DNA of 64,000 nucleotides from Gammaproteobacteria bacterium (lineage in GTDB: Bacteria > Pseudomonadota > Gammaproteobacteria > Eutrophobiales > Eutrophobiaceae), in assembly GCA_965243205.1 (NCBI GenBank), contig CBDEUK010000002.1, positions 1,216,001 to 1,280,000 of the forward strand, written 5' to 3'. Position 1 is the stretch's first letter; every line of letters begins with the position of its first letter. The notes below the pieces were generated by a model, which was not told where the DNA came from, did no database searches, and saw only the letters and a program-made list of their open reading frames with translations. This document shows, piece after piece, positions 9,579-20,127 of this stretch. The position numbers and the translations under genes were made by a program.

Positions 9579-10016
9579 ATGAAAACTAAAACAATAACTT
9601 TAAATACACTAGCCTTAATGATGATGTTTACGAGTCCAAGTGCTTTTTCAAATGACTCTTTATACAGTCGGCTTGGGGGATATGACGCAGTTGCTGCAGT
9701 GGTTGATGATTTAATGAATCGTCTTGCAAACGATCAGCAAGTTGGTCGTGTATTAAAACATATCCCAGAGTCACGTTTTAATCATATCAGACAAATGATG
9801 GTAGATTTTGTATGTGAAGCGACTGGCGGACCTTGTAAATATATCGGTCAGACTATGGAAATAGCTCATCGTGGCATGGGATTAAATGAAAGTGATTGGA
9901 AATTAACCGTGAATCATTTACAACATACATTGAGTGAGTTTAATGTCCCTACAAATGAAAAAAATGAATTAATCAATATACTTGCTACGTTAAAACCTGC
10001 AATTGTTGATAGTTAA
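9579..10016 (+). CDS. Group I truncated hemoglobin with signal peptide
   Basis: SLYSRLGGYDAVAAVVDD, VCEATGGPCKYIG..MEIAHRGM (proximal His); N-terminal signal ending SAFS. Confidence 0.9.
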   Translation: MKTKTITLNTLALMMMFTSPSAFSNDSLYSRLGGYDAVAAVVDDLMNRLANDQQVGRVLKHIPESRFNHIRQMMVDFVCEATGGPCKYIGQTMEIAHRGMGLNESDWKLTVNHLQHTLSEFNVPTNEKNELINILATLKPAIVDS

Positions 10017-10429
10017 TTTAATAGATACTCCCCAGTAGTACATAAATAAATGGAATAATTTGTAACTGGAAAAGGATTTCCTCTCCATTTACAGAAAAAA
10101 TCATTTTAATTAATTATCTATTTTTGAATTTATAAAAATGAAAATATACATATTATTTTTTTTCATATTTTTAATTATTGGTAATTTATTCTTTTTGGAA
10201 TTAATAAAAAGAAATCATCCTGGCACCGTCTATTCTTGTACGCATAAGGAAAAAATTTAATGTGATACATGCCTCTAACTAATTTAAAAGATTAGTATTA
10301 TCAAAAAAATCTTACCTTTATAAGATAGACATATTAAATAAAAATTTAATATACTAACCATTAATATAATTATTGGTTGATTTCCTATAATTAATTTTCA
10401 TCTAAAAAAATGTAATTACTTTGTAATAA

Positions 10430-11317
10430 ATGATTAATATTCTGAAAAGAATTTTCTTTCGCCTCATCTTAATACTACTTTTTCTTTACCTTACATTATT
10501 TATTCATAATAATTATTGGTCAGAAAATTATTCTCAAACAGATATAGAAAATGCCTATAGCAATTCCATTACATGGCTAATTACTAATGAAGAAAAAATT
10601 TTTAAGGAAAAAAACTCGATGTTATGGTGGTTACTTATTCAATCACTTGAACTGGAAAATGAGCCAAGACTAAAAAAACTCGTCGATAATTATTTAAATG
10701 AAAACTATTTGTTTTATGTCAACACCCCATGGCACTCACTGTTATATGATGGTTCATCAAAAATAGATTCATTGTCATTACTTGCCTCAAAAATACCTGA
10801 ATACTCTAAATATTTTGTATATGGTTATACATGTGATGTAGAACTAAAAAATTCAGAAACAATAAGAAAGCAAAATAATTTAAATTATTGTTTTATAAAT
10901 TATCCAACCTCTCCTACATGTTTTACCCATCAGCTAATGGCCTTTAGATTCATGCAAAGAGCTAACTGCAAAACAGATATCAAATTAGAAACCCATATAG
11001 AAAAAATTGCTAATTGGATTAGTTACCAACTTACATTTGATGTTCGAGTTGTAGACGTATATATTCAAAGAGTCATGATGCTCATAGATAGTGGTAATAG
11101 TTCTAAATTAAGAAAACGTTGGGTTAAACGAATTTTAATTGAGCAACTAAATGATGGAGGCTGGAGTGGGTTTCAACCATTATTATCAATAGGTAATAAT
11201 AAATTTATAGGTTTTGGATCTAGAGGCTTAGCAATGAAGTCTAATAACTCAAATTTTCATGCAACAGCTCAAGGATTATATCTTTTATCTATGCTAAAAA
11301 ATAAATATTATGAATAA
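10430..11317 (+). CDS. Hypothetical membrane-anchored protein with QxxDGGW (prenyltransferase/terpene-cyclase repeat-like) motif
   Basis: N-terminal TM; EQLNDGGW...HATAQGL near the C-terminus. Confidence 0.6.
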   Translation: MINILKRIFFRLILILLFLYLTLFIHNNYWSENYSQTDIENAYSNSITWLITNEEKIFKEKNSMLWWLLIQSLELENEPRLKKLVDNYLNENYLFYVNTPWHSLLYDGSSKIDSLSLLASKIPEYSKYFVYGYTCDVELKNSETIRKQNNLNYCFINYPTSPTCFTHQLMAFRFMQRANCKTDIKLETHIEKIANWISYQLTFDVRVVDVYIQRVMMLIDSGNSSKLRKRWVKRILIEQLNDGGWSGFQPLLSIGNNKFIGFGSRGLAMKSNNSNFHATAQGLYLLSMLKNKYYE

Positions 11318-11666
11318 TATACATATAAACTACGTTGAATTTCCTTGTAAGGATATAGATGCGACGAAACATTTTTTTTCTAATGTCTTTGGTTGGGAGT
11401 TCGAAGATTATGGGCCTGAGTATGCTGCTTTTTCAAACTCAGGTTTAGATGGTGGTTTTTTTAAATCAGATTTACGTTCTTCTGCTGCTGAAGGTTCAGC
11501 ATTGATTGTTTTATACAGTGATAACCTTGAACAAACTTTAAAGAATATAGAAACCGCTGGTTGTGAAATTTGTCAGCCTATTTTTTCTTTTCCAGGCGGA
11601 AGACGATTTCATTTTATTGAACCAAGTGGTAATGAATTAGCCGTTTGGTCAGATGTAGGAATTTAA
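11310..11666 (+). CDS. VOC/glyoxalase family protein
   Basis: INYVEFP, FGWEFEDYGPEY, FPGGRRFHFIEPSGNELAVWS. Confidence 0.9.
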   Translation: MNNIHINYVEFPCKDIDATKHFFSNVFGWEFEDYGPEYAAFSNSGLDGGFFKSDLRSSAAEGSALIVLYSDNLEQTLKNIETAGCEICQPIFSFPGGRRFHFIEPSGNELAVWSDVGI

Positions 11667-11670
11667 TATA

Positions 11671-11700
11671 AAAAAGGCGATGTATGAACATCGCCTTTTT
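11671..11700. terminator. Bidirectional Rho-independent terminator
   Basis: AAAAAGGCGATGT-atga-ACATCGCCTTTTT between convergent genes. Confidence 0.85.
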
Positions 11701-11720
11701 AGTTTTATTGTTTATTATTT

Positions 11721-12653
11721 TTAATATTCGAATCCGAATTCTTCTTTAAAACGCGCTTTAAATTCATCAGGCGTAAACTGATGATTCTGCGTTCCGTTAG
11801 AAGCAATCTTGATAGAACCAATTAATGAAGCAATACGACCAGTGGTTTCCCAATCCATGTTATTTAATAATCCATATAATAAACCCGCACGATAAGAGTC
11901 ACCACAACCTGTTGGATCATTAATCGCTGCAGGTTTTACAGATGGAATATTTATTTCTTTTCCATCTGCATAAATCACAGAACCATCACCACCCATGGTT
12001 ACAATTAATGCTTTTACTTGCTTAGAAACTTCTTCTGCGCTCAATCCAGTTCGTTCCTGCATTAATTGCCACTCGTAATCATTCACGGTGACATAACTGG
12101 CTTGTTCAATAAAAGATTTTAAATCATTACCATCAAACATTGGCATACCTTGGCCTGGGTCAAAGATAAAAGGAATACCAGCTTCTGCAAACTGTTTGGC
12201 GTGTTCAATCATGCCATCACGACCGTCAGGCGAAATAATCCCGATAGTAATTCCTTCTGCATCACTGACTTTATTTTGATGCGATAAATTCATAGCACCT
12301 GGATGAAAAGCAGTAATTTGATTATCGTCTAAATCGGTTGTAATGAATGCTTGTCCAGTAAAGTTGTTTTCTAATATAGAAATATGTTTTCGACTGATCG
12401 CATAATGATCCATCCATTCTGCATAAGGGCCAAAATCTTTTCCTACTGTCGCCATTGGCACAGGTTCTTCACCCAATAATTTTAAGTTATAGGCAATATT
12501 ACCTGCACAACCACCAAATTCTTTACGCATCTCTGGTACTAAGAAAGAAACGTTTATCATATGAACCTTATCTGGCAGGATATGATTTTTAAATTGATCG
12601 GGAAATACCATGATATGGTCGTAAGCGAAAGAGCCACAAATTAAAGCAGACAT
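11721..12653 (-). CDS. PfkB-family carbohydrate/nucleoside (adenosine) kinase
   Basis: GSFAYD, FGGCAGNIAY, DPTGCGDSYRAG. Confidence 0.9.
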   Translation of the reverse strand: MSALICGSFAYDHIMVFPDQFKNHILPDKVHMINVSFLVPEMRKEFGGCAGNIAYNLKLLGEEPVPMATVGKDFGPYAEWMDHYAISRKHISILENNFTGQAFITTDLDDNQITAFHPGAMNLSHQNKVSDAEGITIGIISPDGRDGMIEHAKQFAEAGIPFIFDPGQGMPMFDGNDLKSFIEQASYVTVNDYEWQLMQERTGLSAEEVSKQVKALIVTMGGDGSVIYADGKEINIPSVKPAAINDPTGCGDSYRAGLLYGLLNNMDWETTGRIASLIGSIKIASNGTQNHQFTPDEFKARFKEEFGFEY

Positions 12654-12725
12654 ATTTAATCCTAATGTTGTTAAGTTAAAATCTGGAACTGAAAATTATA
12701 GGGAAAGTAAGATGATTGCAAATAT

Positions 12726-14147
12726 TTATCGATTTTTCTGTAGCCAAACAACATAATCATTTTTAAATGTGTCTGGATATTGCTGTTCAAAATCATGCCA
12801 TCGATTTAAATTTTCGAATAATGATTGAGTTTGATATTGTTTGGAAAATTCTTGGTATATCGTTTTATCTGTTAACTCTAACCCTAAAAGCTGAGAATTA
12901 AGTTGTCCAAGCATGTTTTTTATCTCAATCAGATCATAATGATTTTCATAGCGATGAAACAACATATCTCTGACACCAGACATATAATAATAATCTTTTA
13001 ACTCAATTAGTTTTTCAAAGCCATCTATTTTGATCAAATCATGTCGTAATGAACGTATAACTTCATCAGACTCTGAATATTGTTTTTCTTGAATATAATT
13101 AACCGATTTACGTATAGTTCTTCTTGCTAACTCACTGTATAAATTAAATCGCAATATACCTTGAACTGATAATTGATTAATAAACATTTCAAGTGCTTTT
13201 TGTGGTTTAGCAATATGTGATAAAACTCCCATGCAGTCAATAAAATCGAACTGAATATTGAGTTGGTCTATGTCCATCAAATCCATTTGAATAAATTCAA
13301 TATTATTGAATTGTAATTCCATTGCTTTTCGTTTTGCATAGGCCAGACTAGAAAGGCTTAAATCGATACTAATGATTTTAGAGTTGGAAAATCGTGATGC
13401 ATGTTCAATACTTAGCAAACCTGTACCACAACCAATAACAAGAACAGTTTCAGGTATATTTTTTAGCGTATATTGCATATTATCGAATAAGGATTGCTCG
13501 ATAAAAACATCAATACTCTGTTCAGTTACATCACTTATTTTAAACCATCTTGGATAGGGGTTTCTTTCATAGTGTTGTTTAACATTCTTTGTAATATCAT
13601 GCGTTAAACGACTTGTTTTTTTTATTGTATTTTTTAATTCATCCTCTGTTCGAGTATCCGTAATCTGATATTTGATAAGATTTTCAATTTCTATCGGAAA
13701 TGTATTTTTCGAATTTATTAATTTAACAATCTGTTTTTCTGATTGTATATTTTTATAACAAGCAATGATTAAAACCCTTAACCATACGATCGATTCAGGA
13801 AATTCAATAGTTTGTTGAGAAAATATATCTAAATAAAACTTTTCCTGTTCACTAACAAAAAAAACATATTCTGTATTGAAACATTGTTTCGATAAAATCG
13901 ATAAAAACAATTGTAGATTAAGAATATTTAATTGTTCGAATTCTTGTTCAAAGATTAAATTAAGTAATGATTTTCTGAAAGACGTTAGAAATATTTCAAT
14001 TTGATAATCAGAAATAATATTGAACGTTAAATAATTAACTATTTCTTCATCGATTAGAGAAGCAATTAAATTATCGTTAATCGATAATGATTCAATATTA
14101 TTTGTTTGGGCAATGGCCTTAAGTCGTTGTTTACCCTCAGCAGACAT
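12726..14147 (-). CDS. Class I SAM-dependent methyltransferase
   Basis: YERNPYPRW, VLVIGCGTG, IDLSLSSLAYAKRK, FDFIDCMGVL. Confidence 0.85.
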   Translation of the reverse strand: MSAEGKQRLKAIAQTNNIESLSINDNLIASLIDEEIVNYLTFNIISDYQIEIFLTSFRKSLLNLIFEQEFEQLNILNLQLFLSILSKQCFNTEYVFFVSEQEKFYLDIFSQQTIEFPESIVWLRVLIIACYKNIQSEKQIVKLINSKNTFPIEIENLIKYQITDTRTEDELKNTIKKTSRLTHDITKNVKQHYERNPYPRWFKISDVTEQSIDVFIEQSLFDNMQYTLKNIPETVLVIGCGTGLLSIEHASRFSNSKIISIDLSLSSLAYAKRKAMELQFNNIEFIQMDLMDIDQLNIQFDFIDCMGVLSHIAKPQKALEMFINQLSVQGILRFNLYSELARRTIRKSVNYIQEKQYSESDEVIRSLRHDLIKIDGFEKLIELKDYYYMSGVRDMLFHRYENHYDLIEIKNMLGQLNSQLLGLELTDKTIYQEFSKQYQTQSLFENLNRWHDFEQQYPDTFKNDYVVWLQKNR

Positions 14148-14162
14148 ATTAAAAAGTATCTT

Positions 14163-15332
14163 TTACGGATGACTTACTCGCCAAAGTTTGCCAGCACCAT
14201 CATCAGAAATTAATAGAGAACCATCATTCATTTGGACTAAACCTACTGGACGCCCCCAAACTCTTTTTGAATCTGGAGAAATTAACCATCCTGTTAAAAA
14301 ATCTTCAGGACCAGTAATGGCTTGACCCTCTTTAAAAGGAACAAAAGCTATTTTATACCCTGCACGTTCCGAACGATTCCAAGAACCGTGCAAAGCAATG
14401 AAAGCGCCATTATGATATTTCTTAGGAAATGCATCGGCCGTATAAAATAAAACATCCATAGCTCCAACGTGTCCGCCTAATAAAACCGTTGGATATAATG
14501 TTTTTGCAACAAGATCTGGTGCTTCATCTTCGCGTCGTGGATCTTCATGAGGCCCGATATAAGCATAAGGCCAGCCATAAAACCCACCTCGTTTTACTTG
14601 GGTAAAGAAGTCAGGTACTAAATCATCCCCTAAGCCATCACGTTCATGAGAGGTTACCCATAGTTGTTTAGTTGAAGGATGAAAACGCATACCAACCGCA
14701 TTACGTATACCACTGGCATAGAGTTCATAACCAGTACCATCTAAGTTATATCTTGTTATAGCTGCTCTAGCTTCTGGTTCTCCTGCACTAACATTCGATC
14801 GAGAACCAATACTTAAATATAACTTTTGTTCTTGTTCATTAATAAGAATGCTGCGAGTTTTATGGCCTGAATTATATTTTTTTATATTAATAATGTTCTC
14901 AGGTTCGCCAACTGACTGTTCTAGACCATTATAAGGATAACGTCTTACATAATTAACATCCGCAACATAAAGCCAGTCTTTGTATAAGGCCAAACCAAAA
15001 GGCTGATTCAATCGTTTGATTAAAACCTGTTTTTGTTTATCTTTAATGATATAAATTTTTCCATCGTCCATATCAGAAAGAATAATTTCATCGCCTTTAC
15101 CATTAATCATATAACGCGGGCCATCGAAACCATCCATGTATTCTTCAACCTTAAACCCATTTGGTACAGTTAGTGTTGCATCCTTTGGACGGTTCACTGT
15201 AAAGCCTGGGTTAACGGATGATTTTGTAGCATAAGGCTTTGGTAGCTCTTGCCAATTAACAGGTAATGGATTTTCGGCCCAAGCATTGAAACTGAAAATG
15301 CAAATCAATAATAAACCTATGCTGTATTTCAT
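14163..15332 (-). CDS. Glucose/sorbosone dehydrogenase-like beta-propeller, exported
   Basis: Signal peptide; GIRNAVG, ERDGLGDDLVPD, GFYGWPYAY, HGSWNR, GRPVG..DGSLLISDDG. Confidence 0.88.
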   Translation of the reverse strand: MKYSIGLLLICIFSFNAWAENPLPVNWQELPKPYATKSSVNPGFTVNRPKDATLTVPNGFKVEEYMDGFDGPRYMINGKGDEIILSDMDDGKIYIIKDKQKQVLIKRLNQPFGLALYKDWLYVADVNYVRRYPYNGLEQSVGEPENIINIKKYNSGHKTRSILINEQEQKLYLSIGSRSNVSAGEPEARAAITRYNLDGTGYELYASGIRNAVGMRFHPSTKQLWVTSHERDGLGDDLVPDFFTQVKRGGFYGWPYAYIGPHEDPRREDEAPDLVAKTLYPTVLLGGHVGAMDVLFYTADAFPKKYHNGAFIALHGSWNRSERAGYKIAFVPFKEGQAITGPEDFLTGWLISPDSKRVWGRPVGLVQMNDGSLLISDDGAGKLWRVSHP

Positions 15333-15344
15333 AGCTTATCCTCG

Positions 15345-18203
15345 TTATGCGCTTTTCTTTTGACTAGTTGGTTCTTTAAAACGTTCTAAAACGGGTAATA
15401 AAAAACGACCTGTATGGGAGCGTTCAATTTCACACACTTGTTCAGGTGTCCCAGAGGCAATAATTTCTCCACCTTTGTCACCGCCTTCAGGGCCGAGATC
15501 AATGATCCAATCGGCTGTCTTGATCACATCAAGATTATGTTCAATAACAACAACCGTATTACCGTGGTCACGCAAACGATGTAATACATGTAATAGTTGT
15601 TGGATATCATAAAAATGTAATCCTGTAGTAGGTTCATCTAAGATATATAATGTTTTACCTGTATCTCGTTTCGATAGTTCACGAGATAATTTCACACGTT
15701 GAGCTTCTCCACCTGAAAGAGTCGTCGCGTTTTGTCCTATCTTAATATACGACAAACCAACATCAATTAAAGTTTGTAACTTTCTTGCAATAACAGGAAC
15801 GGCATCAAAAAAGACTCGTCCATCTTCAACCGTCATATCCAATACTTCAGCAATAGTTTTGCCTTTATATAATATATCCAGAGTTTCGCGGTTGTATCGC
15901 TTACCATTACAAACATCACACGCAACATAAATATCGGGTAAGAAGTGCATTTCTACTTTAATAACACCATCACCTTGGCAAGCTTCGCATCGCCCACCTT
16001 TGACATTAAAACTAAAACGTCCAGGTTTATAACCGCGTGAACGCGCTTCTTGAGTCGCTGCAAATAATTCGCGGATAGGGGTGAAAACACCCGTATAGGT
16101 TGCAGGGTTTGAACGTGGTGTTCTACCGATAGGACTTTGATCAATATCAACCACTTTATCAAACTGTTCCAAGCCTTCAATCGATTCATACGCTGCACTA
16201 CTAGCACTGGCTTTATTTAATTCTTTGGCAACAATCTTATAAAGCGTTTCATTAATTAAGGTTGATTTACCAGAACCCGAAACACCTGTAATCGCAGTCA
16301 TAAGTCCAACGGGAATTTCTAAATCAACACTTTTTAAATTATTACCTGTTGCGCCAGATAGTTTTAAAATCTGTTCTGTATCATACGGCGTTCTGTTTTC
16401 AGGAATTTCAATACGTTTTCTACCTGACAAATATTGCCCTGTTAATGACGTTTTATGTTTAAGTAATTGCTCAGGCGTACCTTGTGCAACAATCTCTCCT
16501 CCATGCACGCCAGCACCTGGACCAATATCGATAACATAATCAGCTTCTAAAATCGCTTCATCATCGTGTTCGACCACAATTACCGTGTTTCCTAAATCAC
16601 GTAAATGTTTTAGTGTTGTCAATAAACGTTGATTATCACGTTGATGCAAACCAATCGAGGGTTCATCCAACACATACATCACCCCAACCAAACCTGCACC
16701 AATCTGACTGGCTAAACGAATACGTTGCGCTTCACCACCTGATAAGGTGTCGGCACTGCGATCCAATGTTAAATAATCTAAACCCACATTAATTAAAAAT
16801 TGCAAACGATCGCCAACTTCTTTCAGTATTTTTTCCGCAATCTTTCCACGGCTACCTTTTATATTGAGTGAATCAAAAAATTGTTTGGATTTTTCGATTT
16901 GCATGGAAGTGATTTCAGGTAAGGTAATGCCTTCTATAAAGACATTCCTGGCGGCTTCATTTAATCTCGAACCATTACAATCAGGACATGGTTTATTATT
17001 TTGAAATTTGGCTAACTCATCACGCACCATATTGGAATCGGTATCGCGATAACGTCGTTCCATATTTGGAATCACACCTTCAAATACATGTTTACGTTTC
17101 ACCGTACCGCGGCGCTCATTCAAATATTCAAACTGAATTAACTCTTCACCACTTCCATAAAGAATGATGTTTTGTATTTCTTCAGATAAATCACAAAAAT
17201 TGGTATCGATATCAAATTTATAATGTTTCGCTAAAGACTGGATTAATTGAAAATAATACGCATTGCGTCGATCCCAACCGCGTATCGCACCGCCAGGTAA
17301 ACTTAACTCTGGATTCTGCACTACATAGTCTGGATCAAAGAATTGTAGTTGACCTAAGCCGTCACAAGTCGGACAGGCACCAACCGGATTATTAAAAGAA
17401 AATAATCGTGGTTCGAGTTCGCTTATGCTATATCCACATTCCGGGCAGGCAAACTTAGCAGAGAATACCAATTCAGCTGTCTCATCATTATCCATTGAAA
17501 CGACCTTCACGATACCATCAGAAAGTTTCAGTGCCGTTTCAAATGATTCTGCTAAACGTAATTTAATATCATCGCGAATCTTAAAACGATCCACCACCAC
17601 TTCGATATTGTGTTTTTTATGCAATTCTAATTCTGGTGGTTGATCCAATTCATACACTTCACCATCAATGCGAGCACGAATAAAACCCTGTGCATATAAG
17701 CTATCTAAAAGCTGTACATGCTCACCTTTTCGCTCTTGCACTACTGGTGCAAGTAGCATCAATTTTTCACCTTCTTCTCTGGTTAATAATTGATCCACCA
17801 TCTGACTGATGGTTTGAGCCTCAAGTAGATGTTTATGTGTAGGACAGCGCGGTTGTCCTACACGAGCGAATAATAATCGAAGATAGTCGTAAATTTCGGT
17901 GATAGTACCAACAGTTGAACGTGGATTGTGAGAAGTGGATTTTTGTTCAATGGAAATCGCTGGAGATAAACCCTCAATATGATCAACATCGGGTTTTTCC
18001 ATCATCGATAAAAATTGCCGAGCATACGCGGATAACGATTCTACATAACGGCGCTGGCCTTCTGCGTAGATAGTATCAAACGCTAGAGAGGATTTACCTG
18101 AACCCGATAAACCAGTAATAACAATCAATTTATCGCGGGGAATATCTAAATCAATGTTCTTCAAATTGTGGGTACGTGCGCCCCGGATCAGGATTTTATC
18201 CAT
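15345..18203 (-). CDS. uvrA: Excinuclease ABC subunit A
   Basis: [23 protein letters not shown], two ABC modules and zinc fingers. Confidence 0.98.
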   Translation of the reverse strand: MDKILIRGARTHNLKNIDLDIPRDKLIVITGLSGSGKSSLAFDTIYAEGQRRYVESLSAYARQFLSMMEKPDVDHIEGLSPAISIEQKSTSHNPRSTVGTITEIYDYLRLLFARVGQPRCPTHKHLLEAQTISQMVDQLLTREEGEKLMLLAPVVQERKGEHVQLLDSLYAQGFIRARIDGEVYELDQPPELELHKKHNIEVVVDRFKIRDDIKLRLAESFETALKLSDGIVKVVSMDNDETAELVFSAKFACPECGYSISELEPRLFSFNNPVGACPTCDGLGQLQFFDPDYVVQNPELSLPGGAIRGWDRRNAYYFQLIQSLAKHYKFDIDTNFCDLSEEIQNIILYGSGEELIQFEYLNERRGTVKRKHVFEGVIPNMERRYRDTDSNMVRDELAKFQNNKPCPDCNGSRLNEAARNVFIEGITLPEITSMQIEKSKQFFDSLNIKGSRGKIAEKILKEVGDRLQFLINVGLDYLTLDRSADTLSGGEAQRIRLASQIGAGLVGVMYVLDEPSIGLHQRDNQRLLTTLKHLRDLGNTVIVVEHDDEAILEADYVIDIGPGAGVHGGEIVAQGTPEQLLKHKTSLTGQYLSGRKRIEIPENRTPYDTEQILKLSGATGNNLKSVDLEIPVGLMTAITGVSGSGKSTLINETLYKIVAKELNKASASSAAYESIEGLEQFDKVVDIDQSPIGRTPRSNPATYTGVFTPIRELFAATQEARSRGYKPGRFSFNVKGGRCEACQGDGVIKVEMHFLPDIYVACDVCNGKRYNRETLDILYKGKTIAEVLDMTVEDGRVFFDAVPVIARKLQTLIDVGLSYIKIGQNATTLSGGEAQRVKLSRELSKRDTGKTLYILDEPTTGLHFYDIQQLLHVLHRLRDHGNTVVVIEHNLDVIKTADWIIDLGPEGGDKGGEIIASGTPEQVCEIERSHTGRFLLPVLERFKEPTSQKKSA

Positions 18204-18237
18204 GAATGATAATCTACTTAGCCGAAAAAAATTTAAA

Positions 18238-18253
18238 CTGGTATTATAAACGG
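18238..18253. promoter_or_regulatory. Possible degenerate LexA (SOS) box upstream of uvrA
   Basis: CTGG-TATTATAA-ACGG versus consensus CTGT-N8-ACAG; overlaps TATAAT on the uvrA strand. Confidence 0.35.
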
Positions 18254-18360
18254 TTCTGGTGTTTCCATCCTTAATAATTCACAAAAAGATTTATAATGGT
18301 ATTCATTTATAATCTTTCGAGATTAGAAATACCTGATAATGATAATAACTATAATCCTAT

Positions 18361-19608
18361 TTGCTGTTTGTACTTGAAACCATGAGTAAAATGAGTCCGT
18401 TAGAAATTCGTTCCAGTTTGTCCCTAGGCTTAATATTTTTTTTACGAATGTTCGGCTTGTTTTTGATCTTGCCGGTTTTTTCACTGTTTGCCTTAGACAT
18501 CCAACACGCGACACCAACTCTAGTCGGCTTTGCATTAGGGATTTATGGCCTTACACAGGCTATGTTTCAGATCCCTTTTGGCATGTTATCCGATCGTTTT
18601 GGCCGCAAACCTATGATTACTATTGGGTTGATTGTCTTTTTTGTCGGCAGTGTTATCGCTGGTAGTTCAGAAAATATTTATTGGTTAATTATTGGTCGGG
18701 CTTTGCAAGGTGCTGGCGCGGTTGCCTCTGTTATCATGGCTTTGCTTGCGGATAATGTTTCCACAGAACATCGCACTAAAGCAATGGCAATGATTGGTAT
18801 GAGCGTTGGTTTAGCATTTTTATTATCGTTTGTCGTTGGGCCTATGCTATCTGAATATTTAGGACTCTCTGGCTTATTCTTCATGACCGCAATCATTGCT
18901 TTAATCGCTCTTGTGGTATTACATTTTATCGTTCCTAACAGTCAACAAACATTTCATAAAGAAACTGAATTGGATCTTTCACAACTATCCATAGTGATTC
19001 GTGATAAAGGATTACTCAGTTTAGATTTGGGTATTTTTATTCTACACCTTATTTTAACGGCGAATTTTATTGTGATACCGATTATTTTATTTGAAAATCT
19101 AGGTATCCATAGTGCCGAGCATTGGCAAATCTATTTACCGGCAATGCTGCTGGCTATTACGATTATGATACCGTTCGTTTTAATTGCAGATAAAAAACAA
19201 AAAGGGCCTATTTTTTATCTGATGATGATAGGCGTTTTATTATTTTCGCAATTTGGTTTCTTTTTGATAGGACATGATTACTGGCTAGTCTTTTTATTCT
19301 TAACTTTATTCTTTACTGCATTTAATTTTTTAGAAGCCTCATTACCTGCACTAATTTCCAAAACAGTAGCTCCAGAAAGAAAAGGCACAGCATTAGGAAT
19401 TTATTCCACATCTCAATTTATGGGATCATTCATAGGAGGCATTTTAGGTGGCTATGCCTTCAGTCGATTTGGCATTTCTAGTGTGTTTATGCTCAGTGCT
19501 GGATTTATCAGTCTGTGGCTACTGCTCACATTCTTTTCATTAGATTTACTCGATACGAATAAAAAAATAGTCAGCAACAAGGCTGAAATTCTGAGCGGAA
19601 AAGGTTAA
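18361..19608 (+). CDS. yajR: MFS transporter, YajR-like; likely start ~18382
   Basis: RMFGLFLILPV, SDRFGRKP, FNFLEASLP, GIYSTSQF; uvrA-MFS-ssb synteny. Confidence 0.85.
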   Translation: MLFVLETMSKMSPLEIRSSLSLGLIFFLRMFGLFLILPVFSLFALDIQHATPTLVGFALGIYGLTQAMFQIPFGMLSDRFGRKPMITIGLIVFFVGSVIAGSSENIYWLIIGRALQGAGAVASVIMALLADNVSTEHRTKAMAMIGMSVGLAFLLSFVVGPMLSEYLGLSGLFFMTAIIALIALVVLHFIVPNSQQTFHKETELDLSQLSIVIRDKGLLSLDLGIFILHLILTANFIVIPIILFENLGIHSAEHWQIYLPAMLLAITIMIPFVLIADKKQKGPIFYLMMIGVLLFSQFGFFLIGHDYWLVFLFLTLFFTAFNFLEASLPALISKTVAPERKGTALGIYSTSQFMGSFIGGILGGYAFSRFGISSVFMLSAGFISLWLLLTFFSLDLLDTNKKIVSNKAEILSGKG

Positions 19609-19639
19609 AGTAATACGATTATAAACTTGGAGGAAATTC

Positions 19640-20098
19640 ATGGCCCGCGGCATAAATAAAGTAATATTAGTTGGTAATCTCGGTAACGATCCTGACGTAC
19701 GTTACACACAAGATGGCCGTGCTATTGCCAATGTCAGCATAGCAACATCTGAATCATGGAAAGACAAAAATACAGGTGAAACCGTTGATAGAACTGAATG
19801 GCATCGCGTGGTCTTTTTTAATCGTCTTGGTGAAATCGTTGCGGAATACTTAAAGAAAGGCTCACAAATTTACGTAGAAGGCCGTTTACAAACTCGTAAA
19901 TGGCAAGATAAAGAAGGTAATGATCGTTACACCACTGAAATCGTGGCAAATGAAATGCAAATGCTAGGCGGTCGCTCTATGGGAGGCGGTTCTGCAGATT
20001 CTGCACCTATGAACAATACTCCTGACTCAGACTCTATGAGCGGTCAAAGTGCTCCAGCACCTGCAGATGATAGTTTTGATGATGATATTCCTTTCTAG
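19640..20098 (+). CDS. ssb: Single-stranded DNA-binding protein
   Basis: [15 protein letters not shown] ... DDDIPF tail. Confidence 0.98.
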   Translation: MARGINKVILVGNLGNDPDVRYTQDGRAIANVSIATSESWKDKNTGETVDRTEWHRVVFFNRLGEIVAEYLKKGSQIYVEGRLQTRKWQDKEGNDRYTTEIVANEMQMLGGRSMGGGSADSAPMNNTPDSDSMSGQSAPAPADDSFDDDIPF

Positions 20099-20127
20099 GA
20101 ATATCATCTTTCAAACATTAGAAAAAA

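Noticed and set aside
10220-10236. Second sigma54 promoter (CTGGCACCGTCTATTC)
   Set aside because: Good -24 element but TC rather than GC at -12.
10138-10260. 40-codon hydrophobic ORF MKIYILFFFIF...
   Set aside because: No SD; such ORFs arise by chance in T-rich DNA.
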